Shown piece after piece: positions 54,719 to 64,000 of a stretch of 64,000 nucleotides of DNA. The notes beneath the pieces are model-generated. The model ran no database searches. It worked only from the letters and a program-made list of their open reading frames with translations, and was not told the DNA's origin. Position 1 is the first letter of the stretch; every line of letters starts with the position of its first letter. Both the position numbers and the translations under genes were made by a program. Location: assembly GCF_058153355.1 (NCBI RefSeq), contig NZ_CM177019.1. One strand, given 5' to 3'.

Positions 54719-56854
54719 TTGCTTAATCCGATCGTTCGTAAATTCCAGTACGGCCAACACACCGTGACTCTGGAAACCGGCATGATGGCGCGTCAAGCCA
54801 CTGCCGCTGTTATGGTTAGCATGGATGACACCGCGGTATTCGTTACCGTTGTCGGCCAGAAAAAAGCCAAACCAGGTCAGGACTTCTTCCCGCTGACCGT
54901 TAACTATCAGGAGCGTACCTACGCTGCTGGTCGTATCCCGGGTAGCTTCTTCCGTCGTGAAGGCCGCCCAAGCGAAGGCGAAACGCTGATCGCGCGTCTG
55001 ATTGACCGCCCGATTCGCCCGCTGTTCCCGGAAGGTTTCGTCAACGAAGTTCAGGTTATCGCCACCGTGGTTTCTGTTAACCCGCAGGTTAACCCGGATA
55101 TCGTCGCGATGATTGGTGCTTCTGCGGCGCTGTCTCTGTCTGGTATTCCGTTCAATGGTCCGATTGGTGCTGCCCGCGTAGGTTACATCAATGACCAGTA
55201 CGTACTGAACCCGACTCAGGACGAGCTGAAAGAGAGCAAACTGGACCTGGTTGTTGCCGGTACAGAAGCTGCCGTGCTGATGGTTGAATCTGAAGCTGAA
55301 CTGCTGAGCGAAGACCAGATGCTGGGCGCAGTGGTGTTCGGTCATGAACAACAGCAGGTTGTTATTCAGAACATCAATGAACTGGTGAAAGAAGCCGGTA
55401 AACCGCGTTGGGATTGGCAGCCGGAGCCGGTAAACGAAGCGCTGAACGCGCGCGTTGCTGCGCTGGCTGAAGCTCGTCTGAGCGATGCTTATCGCATCAC
55501 CGACAAACAAGAGCGTTATGCGCAGGTTGATGTCATCAAATCTGAAACCATCGCGACGCTGCTTGCTGAAGACGAAACCCTGGACGAAAACGAACTGGGT
55601 GAAATTCTGCACGCTATCGAGAAAAATGTTGTTCGTAGCCGCGTACTGGCAGGCGAACCGCGTATCGACGGTCGTGAAAAAGATATGATCCGTGGTCTGG
55701 ATGTGCGTACTGGCGTGCTGCCGCGTACTCACGGTTCTGCGTTGTTCACCCGTGGTGAAACGCAGGCACTGGTTACCGCAACGCTGGGTACTGCACGTGA
55801 CGCACAGGTTCTTGATGAACTGATGGGCGAACGTACTGACACCTTCCTGTTCCACTACAACTTCCCTCCGTACTCCGTAGGCGAAACCGGCATGGTCGGT
55901 TCTCCGAAACGTCGTGAAATTGGTCACGGTCGTCTGGCGAAGCGCGGTGTGCTGGCAGTCATGCCGGATATGGACAAATTCCCGTACACCGTACGTGTTG
56001 TGTCTGAAATCACCGAATCCAACGGTTCCTCTTCTATGGCTTCCGTGTGCGGCGCGTCTCTGGCGCTGATGGACGCAGGTGTGCCAATCAAAGCTGCTGT
56101 TGCGGGTATCGCAATGGGTCTGGTGAAAGAAGGCGACAACTACGTTGTACTGTCTGACATTTTGGGCGACGAAGATCACCTGGGCGATATGGACTTCAAA
56201 GTTGCGGGTTCCCGCGACGGTATCTCTGCATTGCAGATGGATATCAAAATTGAAGGTATCACCAAAGAGATCATGCAGGTTGCGCTGAACCAGGCTAAAG
56301 GTGCGCGTCTGCATATCCTGGGCGTAATGGAACAGGCGATCAACGCGCCGCGTGGCGATATCTCTGAGTTCGCACCGCGTATCCATACCATCAAGATCAA
56401 CCCGGACAAGATCAAAGACGTTATCGGTAAAGGCGGTTCTGTTATCCGTGCTCTGACCGAAGAAACTGGCACCACCATCGAAATCGAAGATGACGGTACT
56501 GTGAAAATCGCAGCGACCGACGGCGAGAAAGCGAAACATGCTATTCGTCGTATCGAAGAAATCACCGCAGAAATCGAAGTAGGCCGCGTCTACAATGGTA
56601 AAGTGACTCGTATCGTTGACTTTGGCGCATTTGTTGCCATCGGCGGCGGTAAAGAAGGTCTGGTGCACATCTCTCAAATCGCTGACAAACGTGTTGAGAA
56701 AGTGACCGACTACCTGCAGATGGGTCAGGAAGTACCGGTGAAAGTTCTGGAAGTTGATCGCCAGGGCCGTATCCGTCTGAGCATTAAAGAAGCGACTGAG
56801 CAGTCTCAACCTGCTGCAGCACCGGAAGCTCCGGCTGCAGAACAGGGCGAGTAA
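54719..56854 (+). CDS. pnp: Polynucleotide phosphorylase
   Basis: ORF 54632..56854; conserved N-terminus (M)[20 protein letters not shown] starts at TTG 54719, preceded by GAAAGG Shine-Dalgarno; two RNase PH domains, KH and S1; 711 aa. Confidence 0.9.
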   Translation: MLNPIVRKFQYGQHTVTLETGMMARQATAAVMVSMDDTAVFVTVVGQKKAKPGQDFFPLTVNYQERTYAAGRIPGSFFRREGRPSEGETLIARLIDRPIRPLFPEGFVNEVQVIATVVSVNPQVNPDIVAMIGASAALSLSGIPFNGPIGAARVGYINDQYVLNPTQDELKESKLDLVVAGTEAAVLMVESEAELLSEDQMLGAVVFGHEQQQVVIQNINELVKEAGKPRWDWQPEPVNEALNARVAALAEARLSDAYRITDKQERYAQVDVIKSETIATLLAEDETLDENELGEILHAIEKNVVRSRVLAGEPRIDGREKDMIRGLDVRTGVLPRTHGSALFTRGETQALVTATLGTARDAQVLDELMGERTDTFLFHYNFPPYSVGETGMVGSPKRREIGHGRLAKRGVLAVMPDMDKFPYTVRVVSEITESNGSSSMASVCGASLALMDAGVPIKAAVAGIAMGLVKEGDNYVVLSDILGDEDHLGDMDFKVAGSRDGISALQMDIKIEGITKEIMQVALNQAKGARLHILGVMEQAINAPRGDISEFAPRIHTIKINPDKIKDVIGKGGSVIRALTEETGTTIEIEDDGTVKIAATDGEKAKHAIRRIEEITAEIEVGRVYNGKVTRIVDFGAFVAIGGGKEGLVHISQIADKRVEKVTDYLQMGQEVPVKVLEVDRQGRIRLSIKEATEQSQPAAAPEAPAAEQGE

Positions 56855-56962
56855 GGTTGCCATTTGCCCTCCGCTGCGGCGGGGGGCTTTTAACCGGGCA
56901 GGACGCCTTGTTAGCAACCGGGAACAGGACGTTCATTCAACCGTGGTCTTCGGGAGTGGGAA

Positions 56963-57847
56963 ATGAAGCCTTTTTTGCGCTGGTGTTTCGTTGCGACAGC
57001 ACTTACGCTTGCAGGATGCAGTAATACTTCCTGGCGTAAAAGTGAAGTCCTCGCGGTACCATTGCAACCGACTTTACAGCAGGAAGTGATTCTGGCACGT
57101 ATGGAACAAATCCTTGCCAGTCGGGCTTTAACCGATGACGAACGCGCACAGCTTTTATATGAGCGCGGAGTGTTGTATGATAGTCTCGGTCTGAGGGCAT
57201 TAGCGCGTAACGATTTTTCGCAAGCGCTGGCAATCCGACCGGATATGCCGGAAGTATTCAATTACTTAGGCATATATTTAACGCAGGCAGGCAATTTTGA
57301 TGCTGCCTATGAAGCGTTTGATTCTGTACTTGAGCTTGATCCAACTTACAACTACGCGCACTTGAATCGCGGGATCGCATTATATTACGGCGGTCGTGAC
57401 AAGTTAGCGCAAGATGATCTGCTGGCGTTTTATCAAGACGATCCCAATGATCCTTTCCGTAGTCTGTGGCTTTATCTCGCCGAGCAGAAGCTCGATGAGA
57501 AGCAGGCTAAAGAAGTGTTAAAACAGCACTTCGAAAAATCGGATAAGGAACAGTGGGGATGGAACATTGTCGAGTTCTACCTGGGCAACATTAGCGAACA
57601 AACGTTAATGGAAAGGCTCAAGGCGGACGCAACGGATAACACCTCGCTCGCTGAGCATCTCAGTGAAACCAACTTCTATTTAGGTAAGTACTACCTAAGT
57701 CTGGGGGATTTGGACAGCGCCACGGCACTGTTCAAACTGGCGGTTGCCAACAACGTTCATAACTTTGTTGAGCACCGATACGCATTGTTGGAATTATCGC
57801 TCCTGGGCCAGGACCAAGATGACCTGGCAGAATCGGACCAGCAATAG
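56963..57847 (+). CDS. nlpI: TPR-repeat outer-membrane lipoprotein NlpI
   Basis: 294-aa ORF with lipoprotein signal (…LTLAGCSN…) and TPR repeats. Confidence 0.9.
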
Positions 57848-57953
57848 CTGACGTACACATCAGCCCGTAATCTTTTTTGATTGCCATCACCTTAACGGGT
57901 GAGGGCGTTGTTGTTCGTTAATACACCTACTTTGAGCCGGTTCACACTTTTCA

Positions 57954-58034
57954 ATGAAAATTGCTGATCAATTTCATGATGAGTTATGTAGACTGGCCGC
58001 CATTAATTTTGAGGCACACGTACTACATGGCTGA
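57954..58034 (+). CDS. yrbN: Small ORF (26 aa) in the deaD leader, overlapping the deaD start codon
   Basis: ATG 57954 … TGA 58032-58034 encodes [26 protein letters not shown], consistent with the small protein YrbN as I recall it; below the ORF-track size cutoff. Confidence 0.5.
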
Positions 58035-59916
58035 ATTCGAAACCACTTTTGCAGATCTGGGCCTGAAGGCTCCTATCCTTGAAGCCCTTAACGATCTGGG
58101 TTACGAAAAACCATCTCCAATTCAGGCAGAGTGTATTCCACATCTGCTGAATGGCCGCGACGTTCTGGGTATGGCCCAGACGGGGAGCGGAAAAACTGCA
58201 GCATTCTCTTTACCTCTGCTGCAAAATCTTGATCCTGAGCTGAAAGCACCACAGATTCTGGTGCTGGCACCGACCCGCGAACTGGCGGTACAGGTTGCTG
58301 AGGCAATGACGGATTTCTCTAAACACATGCGCGGCGTAAACGTGGTTGCCCTGTACGGCGGCCAGCGTTATGACGTGCAATTACGCGCCCTGCGTCAGGG
58401 GCCGCAGATCGTTGTCGGTACTCCAGGCCGTCTGCTGGACCACCTGAAACGTGGCACTCTGGACCTCTCTAAACTGAGCGGTCTGGTTCTGGATGAAGCT
58501 GACGAAATGCTGCGCATGGGCTTCATCGAAGACGTTGAAACCATTATGGCGCAGATCCCGGAAGGTCATCAGACCGCTCTGTTCTCTGCAACTATGCCGG
58601 AAGCGATTCGTCGTATTACCCGCCGCTTTATGAAAGAGCCGCAGGAAGTGCGCATTCAGTCCAGCGTGACTACCCGTCCTGACATCAGCCAGAGCTACTG
58701 GACTGTGTGGGGGATGCGTAAAAACGAAGCACTGGTACGTTTCCTGGAAGCGGAAGATTTTGATGCGGCGATTATCTTCGTTCGTACCAAAAACGCGACT
58801 TTGGAAGTGGCAGAAGCTCTTGAGCGTAACGGCTACAACAGCGCTGCACTGAACGGTGACATGAACCAGGCGCTGCGTGAGCAGACGCTGGAACGCCTGA
58901 AAGATGGTCGTCTGGATATCCTGATTGCGACCGACGTTGCGGCCCGTGGCCTGGACGTTGAGCGTATCAGCCTGGTAGTTAACTACGATATCCCGATGGA
59001 TTCTGAGTCTTACGTTCACCGTATTGGTCGTACCGGCCGTGCGGGGCGTGCTGGTCGTGCGCTGCTGTTCGTTGAGAACCGCGAGCGTCGTCTGCTGCGC
59101 AACATTGAACGCACTATGAAGCTGACCATTCCGGAAGTAGAACTGCCGAACGCAGAGCTGCTGGGCAAACGCCGTCTGGAAAAATTCGCCGCTAAAGTAC
59201 AGCAGCAGCTGGAAAGCAGCGATCTGGATCAATACCGTGCACTGCTGAGCAAAATTCAGCCGACTGCAGAAGGTGAAGAGCTGGATCTCGAAACTCTGGC
59301 AGCCGCACTGCTGAAAATGGCACAGGGTGAACGTACTCTGATCGTGCCGCCAGATGCGCCGATGCGTCCGAAACGTGAATTCCGCGACCGTGACGACCGT
59401 GGTCCGCGCGATCGTAACGACCGTGGCCCGCGTGGCGACCGTGAAGATCGTCCGCGTCGTGAACGTCGTGATGTTGGCGATATGCAGCTGTACCGTATTG
59501 AAGTGGGCCGCGATGATGGTGTTGAAGTTCGTCATATCGTTGGCGCGATTGCTAACGAAGGCGACATCAGCAGCCGTTACATCGGTAATATCAAGCTGTT
59601 TGCTTCTCACTCCACCATCGAACTGCCGAAAGGTATGCCGGGTGAAGTGCTGCAACACTTTACGCGTACTCGCATTCTTAACAAGCCGATGAACATGCAG
59701 TTGCTGGGCGATGCACAGCCGCATACTGGTGGTGAGCGTCGTGGCGGTGGTCGTGGTTTCGGTGGCGAACGTCGTGAAGGCGGTCGTAACTTCAGCGGTG
59801 AACGCCGTGAAGGTGGTCGTGGTGATGGTCGTCGTTTTAGCGGCGAACGTCGTGAAGGCCGCGCACCGCGCCGTGATGACTCTACCGGTCGTCGTCGTTT
59901 CGGTGGTGATGCGTAA
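58027..59916 (+). CDS. deaD: Cold-shock DEAD-box RNA helicase
   Basis: ORF 57961..59916; conserved start [21 protein letters not shown] at ATG 58027; motifs [25 protein letters not shown]; Arg/Gly-rich C-terminal tail; 629 aa. Confidence 0.9.
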
Positions 59917-59941
59917 TCATCGCTGATTAGCGAACACAATC

Positions 59942-59959
59942 TGTAAAATAATATATACA
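59942..59959. promoter_or_regulatory. TyrR box (TGTAAA-N6-TATACA) upstream of mtr
   Basis: TGTAAAATAATATATACA read directly; mtr is a TyrR-regulated gene. Confidence 0.55.
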
Positions 59960-59990
59960 GCCCCGATTTTAACCATCGGGGCTTTTTTTC
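59958..59990 (+). terminator. deaD rho-independent terminator
   Basis: AGCCCCGAT-TTTAACC-ATCGGGGCT followed by TTTTTTT. Confidence 0.8.
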
Positions 59991-59998
59991 TGTCTTTT

Positions 59999-60018
59999 GT
60001 ACTCGTGTACTGGTACAG
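59999..60018. promoter_or_regulatory. TrpR operator-like palindrome in the mtr promoter
   Basis: GTACTCGTGTACTGGTACAG (trp operator-like GTACT…GTAC half-sites) about 50 bp upstream of the mtr ATG. Confidence 0.6.
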
Positions 60019-60069
60019 TGCAATACATAACAACGTAGTCGCACTATTTTTCACTGGAGAGAAGCCCAC

Positions 60070-61314
60070 ATGGCAACACTAACCACCACCCAAACGTCAC
60101 CGTCGCTGCTTGGCGGCGTGGTGATTATCGGCGGCACCATTATTGGCGCAGGGATGTTTTCTCTGCCAGTGGTCATGTCCGGTGCGTGGTTCTTCTGGTC
60201 AATGGCGGCGCTGATCTTTACCTGGTTTTGTATGCTGCATTCCGGCTTGATGATTCTGGAAGCTAACCTGAATTACCGAATCGGCTCGAGCTTTGACACC
60301 ATCACCAAAGACTTGCTGGGCAAAGGCTGGAACGTGGTCAACGGCATATCCATTGCCTTTGTGCTCTATATCCTGACCTATGCCTATATTTCTGCCAGTG
60401 GTTCGATTCTGCATCACACCTTTGCAGAGATGTCGCTGAATGTCCCGGCACGGGCGGCGGGATTTGGTTTTGCACTGTTGGTGGCGTTCGTGGTGTGGTT
60501 GAGCACTAAAGCCGTCAGCCGGATGACGGCGATTGTACTTGGGGCGAAAGTTATTACCTTCTTCCTCACTTTCGGCAGTTTGCTGGGGCATGTGCAGCCT
60601 GCGACATTGTTTAACGTCGCGGAAAGCAATGCGTCTTATGCACCGTATCTGTTGATGACCCTGCCGTTCTGTCTGGCCTCATTTGGTTATCACGGTAACG
60701 TGCCGAGCCTGATGAAGTATTACGGCAAAGATCCGAAAACTATCGTGAAATGTCTGGTCTACGGTACGCTGATGGCGCTGGCGCTGTATACCATCTGGTT
60801 GCTGGCGACGATGGGCAACATCCCTCGTCCGGAGTTTATCGGCATCGCCGAGAAGGGCGGTAATATTGATGTGCTGGTACAGGCGTTAAGCGGCGTGCTG
60901 AACAGTCGTAGTCTGGATCTGCTGCTGGTCGTGTTCTCAAACTTTGCGGTAGCGAGTTCGTTCCTCGGTGTTACGCTGGGTTTGTTTGACTATCTGGCAG
61001 ATCTGTTTGGTTTCGATGACTCAGCTGTGGGACGCTTGAAAACGGCACTGTTGACCTTCGCACCGCCTGTTGTGGGTGGTTTGCTGTTCCCGAACGGATT
61101 CCTGTACGCCATTGGTTATGCTGGCTTAGCGGCTACCATCTGGGCGGCAATCGTTCCGGCGCTGCTGGCCCGCGCATCGCGTAAACGCTTTGGCAGCCCG
61201 AAATTCCGTGTCTGGGGCGGCAAGCCGATGATTGCACTGATTCTGGTGTTTGGCGTTGGCAACGCACTGGTGCATATTTTATCGAGCTTTAATTTGCTGC
61301 CGGTGTATCAGTAA
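60070..61314 (+). CDS. mtr: Tryptophan-specific permease
   Basis: 414-aa polytopic [36 protein letters not shown]…. Confidence 0.9.
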
Positions 61315-61322
61315 TTGAACGA

Positions 61323-61347
61323 GCCGGATGAGCAGTTTTCATCCGGC
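61323..61347. terminator. Hairpin between mtr and the convergent 176-aa ORF
   Basis: GCCGGATGA-GCAGTTT-TCATCCGGC; no strong T-run, possibly bidirectional. Confidence 0.5.
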
Positions 61348-61373
61348 AATATTCCATAGTGCGCGCGAGGTAA

Positions 61374-61904
61374 TCAAATATATCCTTGTTTATTATAAAG
61401 TTCTTCGGCAAGTGCTTCCCCATGTTCATCGAAAAATGCATTGGCGATCTTTAAATTATTCTCCTCAGGATTTGCCGTTATCCTGCTACCATTGGAATCA
61501 AATTCGAGCGCGATGGCGATCTCCGACCCCCACCAGTAATCATAAATTAGCGCAAAATTATTTTCCCCTGGCGTAATAAATTTCTCGATGCCTCGCACAC
61601 AGGCCATGAGTGGTATGAAGATTTCATAGCTCTCTGAGAGAAATATATGATCCATCGTGACTATCTGTGTTTCTTTATTAAAGTTGATATGTTCGGCATA
61701 AATATTCTTTTCACTTTCACCAGAATTACAAGCTGCAAGATTGTTAAGCATTTTTGCAGGATCGCCGTACAACCGCTGCTTCTCGATAAACCATGGCAAC
61801 CAGTCGTCATGGTCTTTGATATTTGTTGCTGGTGAATGGAAAAACTTCTCGAGGTTACTCTCGGTAATATGTGTATGAAGAAAAAAGGAAGCCGGTTCAC
61901 TCAT
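61374..61904 (-). CDS. Hypothetical protein (176 aa), no recognisable domain; first gene of the AT-rich islet between mtr and yhbW
   Basis: Uninterrupted ORF in AT-rich DNA with a plausible start context; no signal peptide seen; Trp/Tyr-rich (IYDYWWGSEIAIALEFD). Confidence 0.55.
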   Translation of the reverse strand: MSEPASFFLHTHITESNLEKFFHSPATNIKDHDDWLPWFIEKQRLYGDPAKMLNNLAACNSGESEKNIYAEHINFNKETQIVTMDHIFLSESYEIFIPLMACVRGIEKFITPGENNFALIYDYWWGSEIAIALEFDSNGSRITANPEENNLKIANAFFDEHGEALAEELYNKQGYI

Positions 61905-62062
61905 AATGATTTTCTCTGGTAATAAGTCGATTTGTTCATTTCTCTGTTTGGCGATGATAAAACGATGACTATTTTATAAAAGTACAGAACTGGACCTTTC
62001 ATCTATTTCCTATCATAGGAAAATATATACTTGAACTGGATCAGAATAAGCGGAATACGAAA

Positions 62063-62782
62063 ATGGGGTGTAAAGGATTACTCGCTATTGTATTGTTGAG
62101 CCTGTTTATCGCTTTTATTTTAAAAATTTTCTGGCCCACCCCGCACGATGAACATCTTTTCCTGCCCGTTGAAAAACCTTTCGTATCGTCTTTAAAAATC
62201 ATTCGCCCCGGCGACCAGTTATTTATCCGCATTCTGAAAGCGGAAGATAAGCTGGAACTGTGGGCAAGCATCAACAACAAGCCTTACGAACTCTATAAAA
62301 CCTGGACTATATGCGCGTGGTCTGGTGGCTTAGGGCCAAAACACAAACAGGGGGATGGTAAAAGCCCGGAAGGTTTTTATGCCACCAACAAAGGGTTGCT
62401 TAACCCAAACAGCCGCTATCATCTGGCATTTAATATTGGTTACCCGAATGCTTACGATCGGGCAAACGGCTACACCGGTGATTTCATTATGGTTCACGGA
62501 AACTGCGTTTCGGCGGGCTGCTATGCCATGACCGATGCTGGTATTGAAGAGATTTATCAACTGGTGGCGCAGGCGCTGAATAGCGGACAGAAGAGCGTGC
62601 CGGTGCATATCTTCCCGTTTGCGATGAACGACGAAAATATGCGCCAGGCGCAGGCATGGCCGGAATATAATTTCTGGCGTATGTTGAAGCCCGGCTATGA
62701 TTACTTTGAAAAAAATCGCCGATTGCCAACCATCAACGTTGAAAACCGGCGTTATAAAATCAGCCCAACAACTCTTCCTTAA
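62063..62782 (+). CDS. YafK/DpaA-like L,D-transpeptidase-fold (YkuD) protein with N-terminal membrane anchor or signal
   Basis: 239-aa ORF; hydrophobic N-terminus ([18 protein letters not shown]); YkuD catalytic signature [14 protein letters not shown] (His … Ser-x-Gly-Cys) and YafK-like motifs [32 protein letters not shown]. Confidence 0.65.
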   Translation: MGCKGLLAIVLLSLFIAFILKIFWPTPHDEHLFLPVEKPFVSSLKIIRPGDQLFIRILKAEDKLELWASINNKPYELYKTWTICAWSGGLGPKHKQGDGKSPEGFYATNKGLLNPNSRYHLAFNIGYPNAYDRANGYTGDFIMVHGNCVSAGCYAMTDAGIEEIYQLVAQALNSGQKSVPVHIFPFAMNDENMRQAQAWPEYNFWRMLKPGYDYFEKNRRLPTINVENRRYKISPTTLP

Positions 62783-63767
62783 CATCCATCGCCAGTTCAA
62801 ACGAATGCAGGCGCGCCTGGTGGTCGAAAATCTGCCCGTTAACCATAATCTCATCCGCGTCGGTTTCGCGCAGGATCGACTGCAAACCATGACGCACTTT
62901 CGCTTTATCACCCACCAGCGACATACTCAGCGCCTGCTGCACGCCATACTGCTCAGACGGTGACCAGAACTGATCCATATTTTGAATCGGTGGCGGCAGT
63001 TGCCCGGTTTCACCGCGGCGCAGCTTCACAAAGGCTTGCTGCATTGAGGTAAACAGAAATTCAGCGTCGCGGTTGCTGTCGGCGGCGATAATATTGATGC
63101 ACACCATCGCGTACGGTTTCTCCAGCCGCGCTGACGGTTTGAAGTTACTGCGATAAAGATGCAGCGCCTGGAATAGCATATCCGGTGCGAAGTGTGAGGC
63201 AAACGCGAACGGCAGACCAAGCTGCGCCGCCAGTTGTGCACTGTAAAGACTGGAGCCTAATAACCACACGGGGATTTTCTCGCCATAGCCCGGTACAGGG
63301 CGCACATGCGGATTGGGATCACGGGCGTCAAACCAGTCCACCAGCTCCGCGACATCGCGGGGGAAATTATCAATATCGCCGCTCATATGGCGACGTAGTG
63401 CCATCATTGTCCGTTGGTCACTACCTGGCGCACGACCCAGCCCCAAATCGATTCGCCCCGGATAGAGCGTATTGAGCGTACCGAACTGTTCGGCAATCAC
63501 CAACGGTGAGTGGTTTGGTAACATCACGCCGCCAGACCCCAGATGCAGCGTGGTGGTATTTGCCGCCAGATAGCCAATCAATACTGATGTTGCAGCACTG
63601 GCAATGCCAGTCATATTGTGGTGTTCCGCCAGCCAGTAGCGATGATAGCCGCGCTTTTCAGCCAGACGGGCGAGGTCGAGAGAGTGGGAGAACGCTTCTC
63701 GCGCTGAAGAACCTTCGGGGATGGGGGCCAGATCGAGTAGCGAAAACGCAATGGTTTTATCAGTCAT
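62760..63767 (-). CDS. yhbW: Luciferase-like (LLM class) flavin-dependent monooxygenase
   Basis: 335-aa [29 protein letters not shown]…; its 3' end overlaps the convergent YafK-like ORF by 23 bp. Confidence 0.85.
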   Translation of the reverse strand: MTDKTIAFSLLDLAPIPEGSSAREAFSHSLDLARLAEKRGYHRYWLAEHHNMTGIASAATSVLIGYLAANTTTLHLGSGGVMLPNHSPLVIAEQFGTLNTLYPGRIDLGLGRAPGSDQRTMMALRRHMSGDIDNFPRDVAELVDWFDARDPNPHVRPVPGYGEKIPVWLLGSSLYSAQLAAQLGLPFAFASHFAPDMLFQALHLYRSNFKPSARLEKPYAMVCINIIAADSNRDAEFLFTSMQQAFVKLRRGETGQLPPPIQNMDQFWSPSEQYGVQQALSMSLVGDKAKVRHGLQSILRETDADEIMVNGQIFDHQARLHSFELAMDVKEELLG

Positions 63768-64000
63768 AACAGCTCACTTTGTTACCGATTAATCTTTAAT
63801 ACTGCATTAAAGGGTAGTTAAAGTTGTTAACAAAGTGAGCTATTTGCTTAGGCTTGCAGTTCCAGCCCAGCCAGCCGTCTCCAGTAGCCATTACAGTCGC
63901 TGTTTGCCGTCAACGGGAGTGGTGCAGCGCCATTTTCATTAGCGCGGAAGGCGTCGAGCATCGCGAAAGTGTCAGTACCCTGCGGTGACAGGCGGACCAC

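Noticed and set aside
54695-56917. 740-aa ORF on the minus strand exactly antisense to pnp; similar long antisense ORFs lie opposite nusA (48113..49993), ftsH (39183..40670), deaD (58381..59724), argG (46439..47278), obgE (34218..35009) and gltD (5268..6026).
   Set aside because: The sense strands encode well-recognised conserved proteins. The antisense frames are open as a by-product of codon bias in highly expressed genes (rarity of TTA/CTA/TCA codons, whose complements are stop codons). Their translations are low-complexity (Arg/Phe/His/Thr-rich) with no recognisable domains.

Overview
This window reads as an Enterobacterial (Escherichia coli-type) core chromosome segment, recognised from translated ORFs and gene order. 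Almost all of it is densely packed housekeeping genes: the 3' end of nanA, nanT-nanE-nanK-yhcH, gltD-gltB (minus strand), yhcC, arcB with the antisense sRNA ArcZ, elbB-mtgA, the rpoN/lptCAB/kdsCD cluster (yrbL, npr, rapZ, ptsN, hpf, rpoN, lptB, lptA, lptC, kdsC, kdsD, yrbG, all minus strand), mlaFEDCB-ibaG-murA, sfsB, ispB, rplU-rpmA, yhbE-obgE, dacB, greA, yhbY, rlmE-ftsH-folP-glmM-secG-leuU(tRNA), yhbX, argG, and the metY(tRNA)-rimP-nusA-infB-rbfA-truB-rpsO-pnp operon, then nlpI, deaD, mtr and yhbW. I see no CRISPR array, transposase, integrase or phage gene, and no obvious multi-gene defence system. Three places depart from the K-12 layout as I remember it, and these are the best candidates for anything new: (1) a ~1.4 kb AT-rich two-gene islet between mtr and yhbW, encoding a YafK/DpaA-like L,D-transpeptidase-fold protein and a divergently transcribed 176-aa protein of unknown function; (2) a yhcG-like DUF1016 nuclease gene that appears 3'-truncated and carries an in-frame array of near-perfect palindromes, lying where gltF and the yhcADEF fimbrial-like genes would be expected but are absent; (3) the AT-rich yhbX gene next to tRNA-Leu. 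Gene names come from memory of E. coli proteins and synteny, not from a database search, and all comparisons to K-12 are recollection. Start codons were adjusted from the ORF track where the conserved N-terminus was recognisable.
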